This document shows, piece after piece, positions 19,755 to 32,291 of a stretch of 64,000 bases of DNA. A model generated the notes under the pieces. It saw only the letters and a program-made list of their open reading frames with translations, was not told the origin of the DNA and did not search any database. The DNA comes from Macrostomum lignano. Lineage: Eukaryota. A program made the translations under genes and the position numbers. The stretch's first letter is position 1. Each line of letters opens with the position of its first letter. The DNA lies in contig NIVC01001136.1 in the NCBI GenBank assembly GCA_002269645.1, positions 1 through 64,000 on the forward strand, written 5' to 3'.

Positions 19755-22700
19755 GCATAGCTGGCCGCTACGCCAATAACGTGACACTAGTATAGCATTG
19801 CTTTTATATAGTAGACAAAGCCGGTTTTTTAATTGAACCGCACCGGAAATTATCTAAACTCTTTTATCGGGGACGCTAAAAATGGAAAGCCTTTATAATA
19901 TATTGCGCACTAAGCGTAATTCAACTCTGCAGCACAATTATTTAGCATTGCGTGTTGTTAATTGCGCTAAGATCAAGAGAGTCAGGGGCGATGATGAACC
20001 GTAGCACTACGTGTGCAAAAAAGAAGCAAAAATCTTTTAAAGCTCTTGAAGCATTCGACTAGATACTTGACGAAGCTGAAATTAAACGTCACGCTATAAA
20101 TTAGCATGTAGAAACATCGTATAAAGCCGTGAAAATATTTTGAACCTAACTTCATACGGCTTCATTTAATTAGTATATGTAATTGTTGTTGGTTGCTGCT
20201 ATTTATACTTTACCAAAAATTACACTTTTTTAACTGTGTCAAGACAAGAACTTTTATACAGCCCCTGATACCCCAATTATACTATTAAGTAAGATTGATG
20301 AGGACGCACTTTTTCCCAAATCCCGCGCTTGCACATGGGCTCTAAACTTACTTGCCTACTAACAGTGGGCAGTGGGCATTTTTATCCTTTTTCTGCGAAT
20401 TTTCATAGAATCTATACTAGATATAATGTCTGGCCATACTAGTAGTCATAATAACATAGGCGCAGCTTTTTGGGTCATAAATCATCGCTTTCGAAGCTGA
20501 TCTGACAGCCACCTGCGCCTCACTCAGTGTTGAAGCGGGCGCCAGATGGTCTGAGAGGATGCGGGCGGTAGCTTTTTTCTCATCATTTTGACAGGCCATC
20601 AAGATTTATGAGGTCAGAGCCTATTGTTCGTGTTCACTCAAGCGTGTGACAGCTTTGACAGCTATGCGTTTTACCCCTAAAAGTACCTTGGGATTAGCGA
20701 TTAGCGATTTCTCTTCATTATCTTCACTTTCTATTTAATAAGAGCTTTCTAATGTATATTTTTTCATTAATTTCTGTCAATCCTACGCGAAAAGTCATAA
20801 ATCATTTTGTTGCGATTTTGAGTGATTTATGGCCGCACCTGTCATCTTTTTACGACCCTGTGGGAACTGATAGGATCTCTCGGTCACGTGATTCTGGGTA
20901 GCAACGAGCTTAGCCAATCAGAAAATTCGGCGCTCATTTTAACAAAACGGCTCAGCCAATCAGAATCGACGTGTTCCGTTATAACAAACTGCGGTCCAGT
21001 TGGCGGCTATTTAAACCGGAGTTTTTGGCCCGCTTGGACGCAACTTCTTCTTACTTTGGCTCGGGCCCAGCGCGCAACTTCTGGTTCCCGGAGCACGACC
21101 GTCGTTTCTTGATCCCCGGATTGCAACTTCCCCCATCATCATCAAGGACGAGTCCCCCGGTCGACAGCAGCGAACATCCAGTTAAGAGCATCACCTGCTA
21201 GCTAACAGCGAAGATTGTGACAGCATCATCCCGAGTCTACAGCTGCAGAGCATCGAGCCGATTCGGTCACTGTGGAATACCTGGTCTCCGGCTGTTGAGT
21301 TTCTGATTGGTTGGGTGAGAGGCTACCTAGACTTGCTTGATTGGGTGATCCCTTTTCTGTCCCCTGTTGCAGTAGCTGAATTAGGCGCACACTTTGGCTC
21401 ATTTTGTTCAGTAGTGCTGTTGCTGAGGCAGGAATCATTCAATAATACTGCTAGTAGTCTAAGACTCCAATTCAATCTAAAGTGTGAAGTGAACTAAGGA
21501 GAAGGTTAAATCTAACAGTTATCTTTGTCGGCTTTATTTCTTTGTTCGCCGATGGCTCAGATGAGTAGCTAAGCTAGTAGGCGCCGGTCACAGTGGACCA
21601 ATGGCAAGGCAGTTCTCAGTCGACCAATCTAACAAATCAGTGAGCAAAACTGCCAGAAGTGCAGAATCGGCGCCAGAGATGTACTTTGTGCACTCAAGGG
21701 TAGCCAAGCGGCTCGGGTAAATGAATCATGCGGTCTCTGAAGTTCGAGTTAGCCTATCATCAGCGCTATGAGAGGCTAGTTGGCGCGTTGAAGGCTAAAA
21801 GTACATATCTTCGTATTTAGCAATGTAATAGTACATGTAGCTACCCCATAGACTCGCCACCGCAAGAATCCCCTGCACAAGTCCCCTCTGTACCTGCATG
21901 GCCAACGCGATCTAGTCCCAGCAGTGTCCCTTATCATCGGCTATGACTTCGAGATTGACAGCAAAAGACACTAGTTGGCAGGTAAGTGCAAAGCCCCTTC
22001 TAGTCGGAAGCCCGATTTCGAGAGTCCCGGTGTGGTGAGCCAGGGCGCACGGGCTGGTGGCAGCAAGTTAGTTGATCTGCGGATTAGCTAATTTCTACTT
22101 TCGAAATTCTCCCTGCTCGTCTCTCGCTGTCCCTCTCTTAGCTATAGGACCTAGACTGCTCGCCACACGATCAAGCTACCATGGGGCTGACCATCTGACA
22201 GGAGTGGGGGGCCAGGTCTCTAATTGATTTATTTCTGATTTGAGGCCCGAAGGCTTCCCTAACAAGGAGCCCGAAGGTCGAAACCCATCAAGATCATGTG
22301 TCTCAGGTACAGATTGTTCTAGATCACGCACGAGTTTGTGTAAAAAATGGTGTAAAAATTTAACTTTTTATGGTGCAGTGCCACCGCTATTTTGGCTTTT
22401 GATTTATGCAACATTGCAGCAACATAACTTTCGTATATTTTAGTTAGCTCTGATAACAAATAGGAATGCATGCGATGATGCGGTTACTGTACGTACATGT
22501 ACACATATGTAACGTACCCTACAATTACTGCGTGTAAGTGTCTCTATAGCTAGTGCATTGAATGATTCTGCATCATGTTTTTATTAAGAGTCAAGCCCCT
22601 TAAATGCGTTCGTGATTGAAATCCGACAAGTTGATATATAGTCTCCTTGACTGGAGTGCTAGCATGTCTCGCCAAAGAAGCAGCGCAGCCGCGCTGCAGA

Positions 22701-23566
22701 CGCAGTTGCGCTTAAATTGATGCATATATTTGTTCAGTTATTCATTCCATTTCCATAGAAGAAGTAAAGACCAAGAAAAGTCTATGCACACTTACAGTTA
22801 TAACTGATAAGCACTGCACCCTAAAGCAATGGGGCCAATGGGATGGACTATTTATACTGCATCTCTGTTTAGAGGCGGGCCCAAAAATTAATAAAAAGTC
22901 GTTCATTAAAGACTACAATCTAGTAATTTTAACTTTTTTATAGTCATCTCTTAGTACTAGCACCAAATTCATTAGCATTTTGTTTGTTTATCTGTAACTT
23001 ACATAAACAATCTTAAGAGTTAAACATTACATGGCTATTTCCAAGAAAGAAATTGTTTTTCTAGAAGAATTATCTGACAAGACCAGATCGCCATGTGTCC
23101 ATGATCAGTGATCACATAGGCCTATAACATCACATTACACTCACACCAGAAAACCGGTTCTGCGACTGTAGGCTCTAGAACCTAAAACGAGTTCGTGCCT
23201 ATTTCGTTTTGGTCGTATCAGAGTAACTTTAAGATGGATTTCACTTGGAATGGAATTGAAAGATAGTTTCAATGACCTAACCCCGTAAAATCTGTACATA
23301 TTGATGTTACCATAGCCTAGGCCTATCGAGTCTAGTCTCCTAGTTAGGACCCTAGTCAGGACAATAAGCCTAGACAATATTATTAGCCTATCATTTTCAG
23401 TGTATTTAAAATATTGTGTTTTTACTAATCTAATCTACTAGTTAATTAATACATTAGAAAATATAGGGCCCAGACCCAGTTTTAAAAAAATGCAATCGAA
23501 AATCACAATACTTATAGTTATATCTAATAAAGAAAAATTGACAACTTAGCATTAAATATAGTATGA

Positions 23567-24185
23567 GACCAAGATGGCCACACACCAGATGGCCACAACA
23601 TTGAATAGGGGCAGGGCCTATCTTTGGCTCTGCTCTCTTTTTATCATTAGATAGCAATATAATGGCTATTGTTATATTAAATATTATGTTTAATCAATCA
23701 TATTCATAAATACTAATGCAGTGATAGATTTGAAACTAATGACCTATAATATAAAAACTTTAATTTTTTTCAGTGTTTATGCTAATTTATTCCCTATTCT
23801 ATTATTACATCTATCAAATCTATCACTATCTGTTTATTAAGAAACCATTGCTATTAGTAATGCTATACAAAAATTAAGATAAATATACAACAAGGCAAGG
23901 TATTTATTTCGTGCTAGGCCCTACGCCTAGGGCCTAGGCTACTTGCTTGATATATTGAATAAATATCTATAGGTCAAGCTATAATGAAAGCTAAAGCCAA
24001 AGGAATGACTATAATATAAGGGTCTAATATAATACAATTGCAATAAAGCATGTTTTCAAGTGAAATAAGTGAAATAAGTGAATAAGTGAACATATTTTTA
24101 TAAGTAAAATATATAGACCTAGGCTTATTATTATCTATTTAGACACTCAGAGCTGTAGCCATCTTGGTATGTGGCCATCTTGGTC
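23567..24185. mobile_element. MITE-like non-autonomous element (~620 bp) with ~31-bp terminal inverted repeats
   Basis: GACCAAGATGGCCACACACCAGATGGCCACA (23567-23597) is the near-perfect inverse of 24154-24185. The interior is AT-rich; no clear TSD was found. Confidence 0.6.
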
Positions 24186-24309
24186 ATGTGCCTCTAATAT
24201 TGCCATTATTTGCCAAACATTTTGTGGATATATCTTGTACTAGAAAAATTCTTCAAGATATGACTCAAAGAGTATAGCACTTGACTTGTGTTATCTAATA
24301 TATCTAAAG

Positions 24310-24450
24310 TAGCAACCCCCCCTCCACCGGCCCTGTCTGTCTGTGGGTATGTAACAGGTTATCTCCCAAAAGGCTCAACCGATTTTCTCCATTTCTTCGC
24401 CAAAAGATGTCAAATGTGCCCGGGACGGTACATGTAATTTTATTAAGCTC
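24310..24450 (+). mobile_element. Possible DINE-1/HINE-like (Helitron-associated) fragment
   Basis: CTGTCTGTCTGT microsatellite followed by TATCTC...GGCTCAACCGATTTT, resembling the DINE-1 core. Boundaries are uncertain. Confidence 0.35.
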
Positions 24451-26682
24451 TAGCTCAATGCTAAGGGGATTAAATATTCAAAAAACTGTTTTAAATGGCC
24501 TTTTTAGTGTATTTTTTTATCAGCCTGCGTGCAGCGAGAAACTTCACAACCAATTTTAATGATTGCGCCAGAGCCAACTGATAAGAAAATTCACTTTGCC
24601 CCACTGCCCAGATAATTACTCTATTTAACTTGCGTAACCAATTAAGGGGGGGTATAATAAAAATTCTGGATGCTTCCATCCAATATACTAAAAATCAAAA
24701 CTATGTACCTATAGGAACCTTCGCTTAACTTCACTCTACATGGTCGGAATTTCGTGGGGTTTTCTGCATTCGATGCGTATTGATGGTGCGCTGGTACACA
24801 AAATTTTGCTAAGAAATTGCTTTATTTTTTCGGGCTTAAATATTCGAAAAACTCGATTTTTACCCCGTTTTTTAAAGTTCAAACAGTTCTTTCCGATTGA
24901 GAAGCAGTCTGACTGCCGATGGAATTGTATTGCATCATAACTCAGTGCCAACTATAGCATTGGTTCTCTACACTCGCGTGGAGAGCTACAAGCGTTGAAA
25001 GGTTGCGCAACACATTTTAGATACTGAAATTGAGGGGCGGGTGTCGCTATTCAATTAGTCCTGGGCATTGGCTTGGTTGTTAATTTTAATGGATCAACTT
25101 GCAGGCCTCTCACTATAACTGGCGCTGAATGTACACCTTTATGAATTTGAATGCTTTAAAGCAGGAATGTTCAATTGTTATTTTTGCTTTGAGTTTTTCA
25201 CTTTCAGAAGAGAGCCTTGTATTGCTGGAAAGAGCTAGAAACGCTGAGTTCGGGAATATAATTTGTTTGCTGAGATTCGAAAAATGAAAAGCACAGCATT
25301 AAAAAGAAGATTTCTATGCATTTTACTATATATACTCATTGTACACTCTCCCATAACGCAAACCCCTACTTTATCGCAACTCCACAATTCAAACCAGCGC
25401 CATTGGATTTCAATTTAGATTGCGTAACCATATTGTTGACTTTAATTGTTGACTTTAATAATTGAAACTGATATTGACTGCCTGAGAAATTGATTATGTC
25501 ATAACTTGCTTCGAGCGATTTCTACTCTATGCTTGGAGTTTTCAGTGTTGAAATATATAAGTGCTAAAATTCATAGTGCTAAATTCAGAGAGCTAGCCTA
25601 GAAGTGAACAGACTGAACTGCTAATGCAGCGACGTGGGTTCGAATTTTTAGAGTGTAAAAGTTTTTTCTTAAAAATTTTAATTTCAAGACAGTTGAAGGA
25701 AACTTTAAAAAACGTCAAATAAATCAGATAAAAGAGAAAAAGCTACAAGCGTTCATGTAGTGTATTCGAAAATTCTTATTAAACTTTAACTTTTGAAAAG
25801 GATTATTGCACTAGATAAGAAATTAATTATTGTACGAGTACTAGCTGAGGAAATTTTCTTACTATCTTGCTTGGGGTACTTTATATCAGGGGATGCTTGC
25901 TATCGGAAGGACGCTTGCTCTTAGGGATGCTTGCTCAGGGGAGATTGCTGAGATGCCAAGACTTACTGGGGAATTATTCAAATATGCAGGCTTACTGGGG
26001 GAATTACTGAGATGTCAAAGGCTTAAAACGGACTTGCTGAGATGCCAAGGCTTAAGAGGAAATTGCTGAGATTTCAAGGCGTGGGGGAATCTCTGAGATG
26101 TCAAGGCTTTGGACGCCTTGATAGCTAAGATTTCAAGACTTACCGGGGGAATAACTGAGATATAAAGGCTTACGCAGGGAATTACTGAGATGTGAAGGCT
26201 TGGGGAGGTATCGCTGAGATAGCAAGGCTTTGGATGGGGAGAAATTGCTAAGATGTCAAAACTTACTGGAGGAATCACCGAGATATAAAGGCTTACTTGG
26301 AGGACTGCTGAGATGTCAAGGCTTGGGGAAAATTTATGAGACGTCAAGTCTTGGGGGTTCCTGAAATTTCAAGTCTTGAGAGCGAATTGCTGAGATAACA
26401 AAGCTTAAGAGAGAATTACTGAGGTGTCAAGCTTGGGGGAAATTGTTGAGATGTCAATTCTTGGGGGGATTCTATGGATTGGAGATTCTTTCCACAAGGG
26501 CTGCTTCTAATGGATATCTTTAGATAGGTGATTCATTGAGAAATTCCTTCGATGGGGGATTCTTTCGATGGAGGGTTCTTTGAATGGGGGGTTCTTTAGA
26601 TGAATGATTCATTCGATAAAGGGATCCTTTTGGATATGGCATTGTTTGGACGAGGATTCTTTAGATGAGTCTTCGGATCAGC

Positions 26683-27310
26683 AGGGGTAAACTGCTGAGA
26701 TGTCAAGTCTAAGGGGTAAACTGCTGAGATGTCAAGTCTTAGGGGTAAACTGCTGAGATGTCAAGTCTTAGGGGTAAACTGCTGAGATGTCAAGTCTTAG
26801 GGGTAAACTGCTGAGATGTCAAGTCTTAGGGGTAAACTGCTGAGATGTCAAGTCTTAGGGGTAAACTGCTGAGATGTCAAGTCTTAGGGGTAAACTGCTG
26901 AGATGTCAAGTCTAAGGGGTAAATTGCTGAGATGTCAAGTCTAAGGGGTAAACTGCTGAGATGTCAAGTCTTAGGGGTAAACTGCTGAGATGTCAAGTCT
27001 AAGGGGTAAACTGCTGAGATGTCAAGTCTTAGGGGTAAACTGCTGAGATGTCAAGTCTTAGGGGTAAACTGCTGAGATGTCAAGTCTTAGGGGTAAACTG
27101 CTGAGATGTCAAGTCTAAGGGGTAAATTGCTGAGATGTCAAGTCTTAGGGGTAAACTGCTGAGATGTCAAGTCTTAGGGGTAAACTGCTGAGATGTCAAG
27201 TCTTAGGGGTAAACTGCTGAGATGTCAAGTCTTAGGGGTAAACTGCTGAGATGTCAAGTCTTAGGGGTAAACTGCTGAGATGTCAAGTCTTAGGGGTAAA
27301 TTGCTGAGAT
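26683..27310. repeat. Homogeneous 29-bp array (GGGGTAAACTGCTGAGATGTCAAGTCTTA), about 21 copies
   Basis: Period 29 (TGTCAAGTCT at 26701 and 26730); near-identical units. Confidence 0.95.
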
Positions 27311-28284
27311 GTCTAATCTTGTCGCCGTCGGGGAATTGCTTAGATGCCAAGGCTTAAGAGGGACTTGCTCAGATGTCAAAGCTTGTGGGGAATCAAGGCT
27401 CAGAGGGAGTTCCTGAGATGTCAAGTCTTGGGAAGGAGAATTACTCAGATGTCAAGGCTTGGGGAATTTCTGAGATGTCAAGGCTTGGGGGGATTGCTGA
27501 GATGTGAAGGCTTAAGAAGGAATTGCTGAGGTGTCAAGACTTTGGGAGGGAAATCGCTGAGATGCCAATGCTTTGGACGGGGAGAAATTGCTAAGATGTC
27601 AAGACTTACTGGAGGAATTACTGAGATATGAAGGCTTACTGGGGAATTACTGATATGTCAAGGCTTGGGGAGGGGAATTACTGAGAAGTCAAGGCTTTGG
27701 ACGGGGAGAAATTGGTAAGATGTCAAGGCTTGCGCCGGAATTGCTGAGATGTCAATGCTTGGGGGAAATTTCTGAGGTGTCGAGGCTTGGGGGAACGGCT
27801 GAGATGTTAAGCCTTGGGGGAAATTCTATGGATTGATGATTCTTTGGATGAGGGATGCTTTTAATGTATATCTTTGATTCATTGAGGAATTCCTTCGATG
27901 GGGCATTGTTTCGATGGAGGATTTTTTGAATCGGGGGATTCTTTAGATAAAGGATTCTTTTGATGGGGGATATTTGGACGGGGGTTTTTTAGATGAGAGG
28001 ATTCTTTGGCCAAAAATTCTATTGATAGGGGAATTATTTGGATGGGAGATTCTTTGGATTCTTTGTATGGGGATTATTTGGACGGGGTTCTTTAGATGAG
28101 GAAATTCTTTGGCCAAGAATTCTATTGATAAGAGGATTATTTGGATGGGAGATTCTTTGGATTCTTTGGATGGGGATTTTGTGGATGGGGATTATGATAT
28201 GAATTATTTGGGTGGATTCTTTGGATATGGATGGATGGAGGATTCTTTGGATGGGAATTCTGTGGATGAGGATTTATTGAGTAG

Positions 28285-28740
28285 GGGATTCATCGGATGG
28301 GGAATTCTTCAGATGGGAGGATTCCTTGAAAGGGGAATTCTTCGGATCGGTGATTCAATCGATGGGGGTTCTTTGGATAAAGGATTCTTTGCATGTGAGA
28401 TTTTTTGCATCGGAGATTTTGTGGATAGGGAAAACTGTGATTGGAGTTTGGACGGAAAGCCCCAATGGACTTATTTCTGTAATAAGGGATTCATTGGACG
28501 GGGAATTCTTCAGATGGGAGGATTCCTTGAAAGGGGAATTCTTCGGATCGGTGATTCAATCGATGGGGGTTCTTTGGATAAAGGATTCTTTGCATGTGAG
28601 ATTTTTTGCATCGGAGATTTTGTGGATAGGGAAAACTGTGATTGGAGTTTGGACGGAAAGCCCCAACGGACTTATTTCTGTAATAAGGGATTCATTGGAC
28701 GGGGAATTCTTCAGATGGGAGGATTCATTCTTTGGATCAG
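28285..28740. repeat. 201-bp tandem duplication within satellite B
   Basis: GGAATTCTTC recurs at 28301, 28502 and 28703. Confidence 0.9.
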
Positions 28741-31700
28741 GGATTCTATCAATGGGATGGGATGGGATGGGACGGGAAGGATTGGTATTCTTTGCATGTC
28801 AGATTCTATGGATGGGCGACTCATTAAATAGGGAATTCTACAGATAGAGGATTCCTTGAATGGGGAATTCTTCGGATCGGGGATTCTGTCGATGGGGGGT
28901 TCTTTGTATGGGATTCTTTGGATGAGGGTTTTTTGCATGTGAGATTATTTGCATCAGGGACTTTATGGATTAGAGATTCTTTGGATGGGGGGTTGAGTTG
29001 GGTGAATTTCTTTTGCGTGGGAAAACTTTGGTAGGAGTTCTGACGGAAAGCCCCAATGGGGGTTGGAATTGGCTAGTGTTGGCCTAAAAGTGAGCTTTCT
29101 TTGGCATGAGCCCATATGCTTTTAATAAGATTTGTACAAATTGCTGCATCTTATAGGTTCACAAAGTATAGCTAATAATTCATATAGTGCTGCTAATGGT
29201 TCATAAAGTATAACCAATGCTGTAATACTTATAATACTACACTTAGCCAGTTAGGCAACTGGTTATATTCTTGCTAACTATCAATCAAGGTGTGAGTGCC
29301 TAGAAGAACATGCTAAATGATAATTAAAAGCAAAGTTGTTACAGTTCTGTTTTCAACTAGTACCATCATGCATTTTAGAATGCTACATTCTATTAGACCT
29401 ATTCTTAGCACCCATTGGCAAGGCCAGTTTGCACCTTGATAAAATCTAGCAGAAATCATTAATCAAAAACTCAAAATTTAAAACTTTTTTGTGCCCTTCT
29501 CTTTAGTTAGTATTTAATTTAAAGTTTTTTATGCCTTTCTCTTTAGTACTTAACTAGCAAACCAGCATAAAAACAAATTAGTTTTTAAAATATTTGACCT
29601 ACTTTCAAATCAAACTTTTTATTGTTTGAAATTTTATAAGCATTCTAAGCCCTTATGATATGCATTCAAACTCAAAATTCAAATATTGAAACCATTAAAG
29701 AACAGTTTGTTTTTTGAATATTTAGCCCATTTCTAATTGATATTAGTTTTATATACCAATTTGCCAAATGAATATAAATTTATTGTTCCTATCTGCAACT
29801 GTGCCGCTTTTTATGTGCTATAAAACAATATAAACAAGATCAGAGCAGGTTATGGGTTGATGAAAAAAGGCTTTGTACACAGCATTTTAGCCTTTTAGAC
29901 TAGCTTTATAACCTACCTCTACTCTCTTTCATGAATTATCTATTAGACTAGTTGGTACAAAATAAATTCAATCAACACTGCAATTAAACTGTGAGCCCAC
30001 TATATAAAAGGTGCATAAAACTCTCTAACTTTATTATAAATATACATTCTACACTGTATATTAGCCAAGGAGAGGCCTAAATGGTTGAACTGAACAATTA
30101 AATCATAAACTGTAGTGCCCATTAAAAGCAGTTTAAAACATTTGAAACAGTTTTTTTATATTTGACCCACTTCCCATTTATTTTTTTCATCAAAAAGTTA
30201 TATATGAATGCCAAAAATTTAAAATTTTTAAAAGCTAATTTAATAAATTGGCCAGATGATTCTCAAAAAATCAACCACAGATAGAAAGATAAACAAACAG
30301 ACAAATAGCACTAAAATAGTATATAGATTTACCATAGACATTCATTTCTCTATTTCATTGCCTTCTATCTTGACTATGTAGCTTTTTTCCTATATACATC
30401 ATGTATCCCCCTTTTGCCCCAGCAAGTGTCTATAGGCTAATAGGCTTAGTTAATGACTATGCCTAGTTTAAAATATGCCATCTCTTAATATTCATGTCTA
30501 TTGACTAAGATAGCTCAGTTAGTAGTAATAAATGACTTGAAAATTATCCTTGCAAAAACAATTGTCTATCTTTAACCATGTTATCAAGGTTAAAAAATGA
30601 CCTAGAACTTTGCAACAATCTAGCCAATTTTCAAATCACTTGTCAGAAGGCAGAGTAGTTCAGAGATAGCTGCCCTGACTCCTACTTTAAATCCTTGCAT
30701 AGGCATATTACTTTGAGACAAAAACAAAATTTTCCCTATCCAAGCAGCATTTTTATATCCTGTTATGTCCACATTATGTATCATATTGGTACCAAGGTAA
30801 TGTTCCCTTAATGTAAAAATGCTAGTTTCATTGATGTCCCTATAAGGAATAGTTGTTATATATCATATAGGTTTTGCTATAATGTACTGGTAATCAATAG
30901 AAAGTATGCTCATAATGCCATCTGCTTTTTTTGTTGCATCATTAGACAGGACAAAATTATGCAAAGACAATTTATAGAGTTCTCTAATTATCTTTCTTAT
31001 CTTAAAGATAGATTAGGCCTATAGGAGAGAAATTTCTTTTTTATTTTCTTATCCATTGATCCTTTTATTTGCTATGTAGAGTTTGCTACATTTGTTAGTG
31101 TATAAAGAAAAAAGAAGGGAGATATAAGGTAAAGCAAAAACAGTGTAGAGTAATGAATATGGGTGAGGTAAAATAAGAAATGCAAACAATTGGGGGTAAA
31201 GCAGGTGTATAGACAAGAGAGGATGAGGGGGGATTCACAAGGCAGAAATGAAAGAAGGGAATATTTTTCCTCCATGACATCAATGATTCGTTTGTTGTCC
31301 CCTTGAGTGCCTTGCCTTTAGATGACTGCAGCTCTTCGCTTGTTGCTCCTTGCTCCTTGTTTGCCTGACAAATCTGCATGGGATAGCAAAGATTTATTTG
31401 GTCTATTTTTTGTTTAAAATAAAAAAGAATAAAGAATGAACTTACCAAAAACTTTTATCAGAATATCAGGAAACACAAGCCTATTGTAATTGCCATCCAA
31501 ATGAAACTACATAGGAATATTCTTCATGGTGAAGATATCAGTCTTTTTGATAAACTATCTGCAACAAAAAGAAAAGAAATCATTCTTCTTTAATTTTAAT
31601 ATAAAAGAATATGAAGTTTTACAATATCAGTTTATATGGTTATTCAGTTTATAAACTTATTGTCCTAAGTTTTACTAGTAGACAATTTAAAGAAATAATG

Positions 31701-32291
31701 CTAGTTAATTTTATTATAATTTCTTAGATTTTAAACAAATAATAAAACAGCTAATTTTGTTTAAATAAACCAAGCCTAGTTATACAATATAGTTTTTGCT
31801 TTTCTGCTTGTTCTTTGAACTATAGGTATATCAAATGACAATTAACGTATCTCTATAATCTAAATTAATTTCCTAACTATATAGTAAATTAAGCAAGACT
31901 AGGCCAACACTTATTGGCCTACTTTAAAAAATTTAAAGAATAGAATTAGGTATTTTGTCTTGCCATTATCCTTTTAGTTAACTGTTGTAGAAATTTATTA
32001 GCAAATTAAAAAACTAAGGCTACCTTACTTTTATTATTAAAGTAGATCTAAGATCATGAAAATATTATTAGGTATATCATTTTTATATGTATAAAAACAA
32101 AGTTATGATGGGAATTAAAGCTAAGTTCCTATAAGCTTTTAAAGACTATTATAACTTATAAATTATAGAAAATAAAATTGAAAAGGAAAAGAACAATTAC
32201 TAATGACAATGTCAATGATAATACAACACAAGACAATGATATATTATATTTTATAAGATTCTCAATGGCATTGAAAAAAGTCAAGACTTAA

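Larger units (their letters stand above)
25930..29060. repeat. Compound satellite block: family A (CTGAGATGTCAAGGCTT-based, ~30 bp) alternating with family B (GGATTCTTTGGATGGG-based)
   Basis: A-degenerate ~25930-26460, B ~26460-26680, A-homogeneous ~26683-27310, A-degenerate ~27330-27825, B ~27825-29060. Confidence 0.9.

Noticed and set aside
20840-21500. Solo LTR or promoter island (AGCCAATCAG at 20912 and 20954, TATTTAAA at 21008)
   Set aside because: Promoter-like, but I could not define TG...CA ends, a TSD, a second copy or a downstream gene.
22205-22290. Hammerhead-ribozyme-like string (CTGATTTGA-GGCCCGAAGGCT...GGTCGAAAC)
   Set aside because: The core has extra bases, stem II is duplicated or mispaired and stem I is not formed. 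At best a dead Penelope-type relic; a covariance-model search would be needed.
25590-25650. tRNA gene (GGTTCGAAT B-box)
   Set aside because: No cloverleaf or acceptor stem; probably a decayed SINE head.
26683-27310. CRISPR-like array
   Set aside because: Head-to-tail repeats without unique spacers in a eukaryotic context. The same applies to all other arrays in the window.
28109-28938. 240-aa, 173-aa and 75-aa ORFs
   Set aside because: They arise from the stop-poor GGATTCTTT satellite and its 201-bp duplication; no domain signal.
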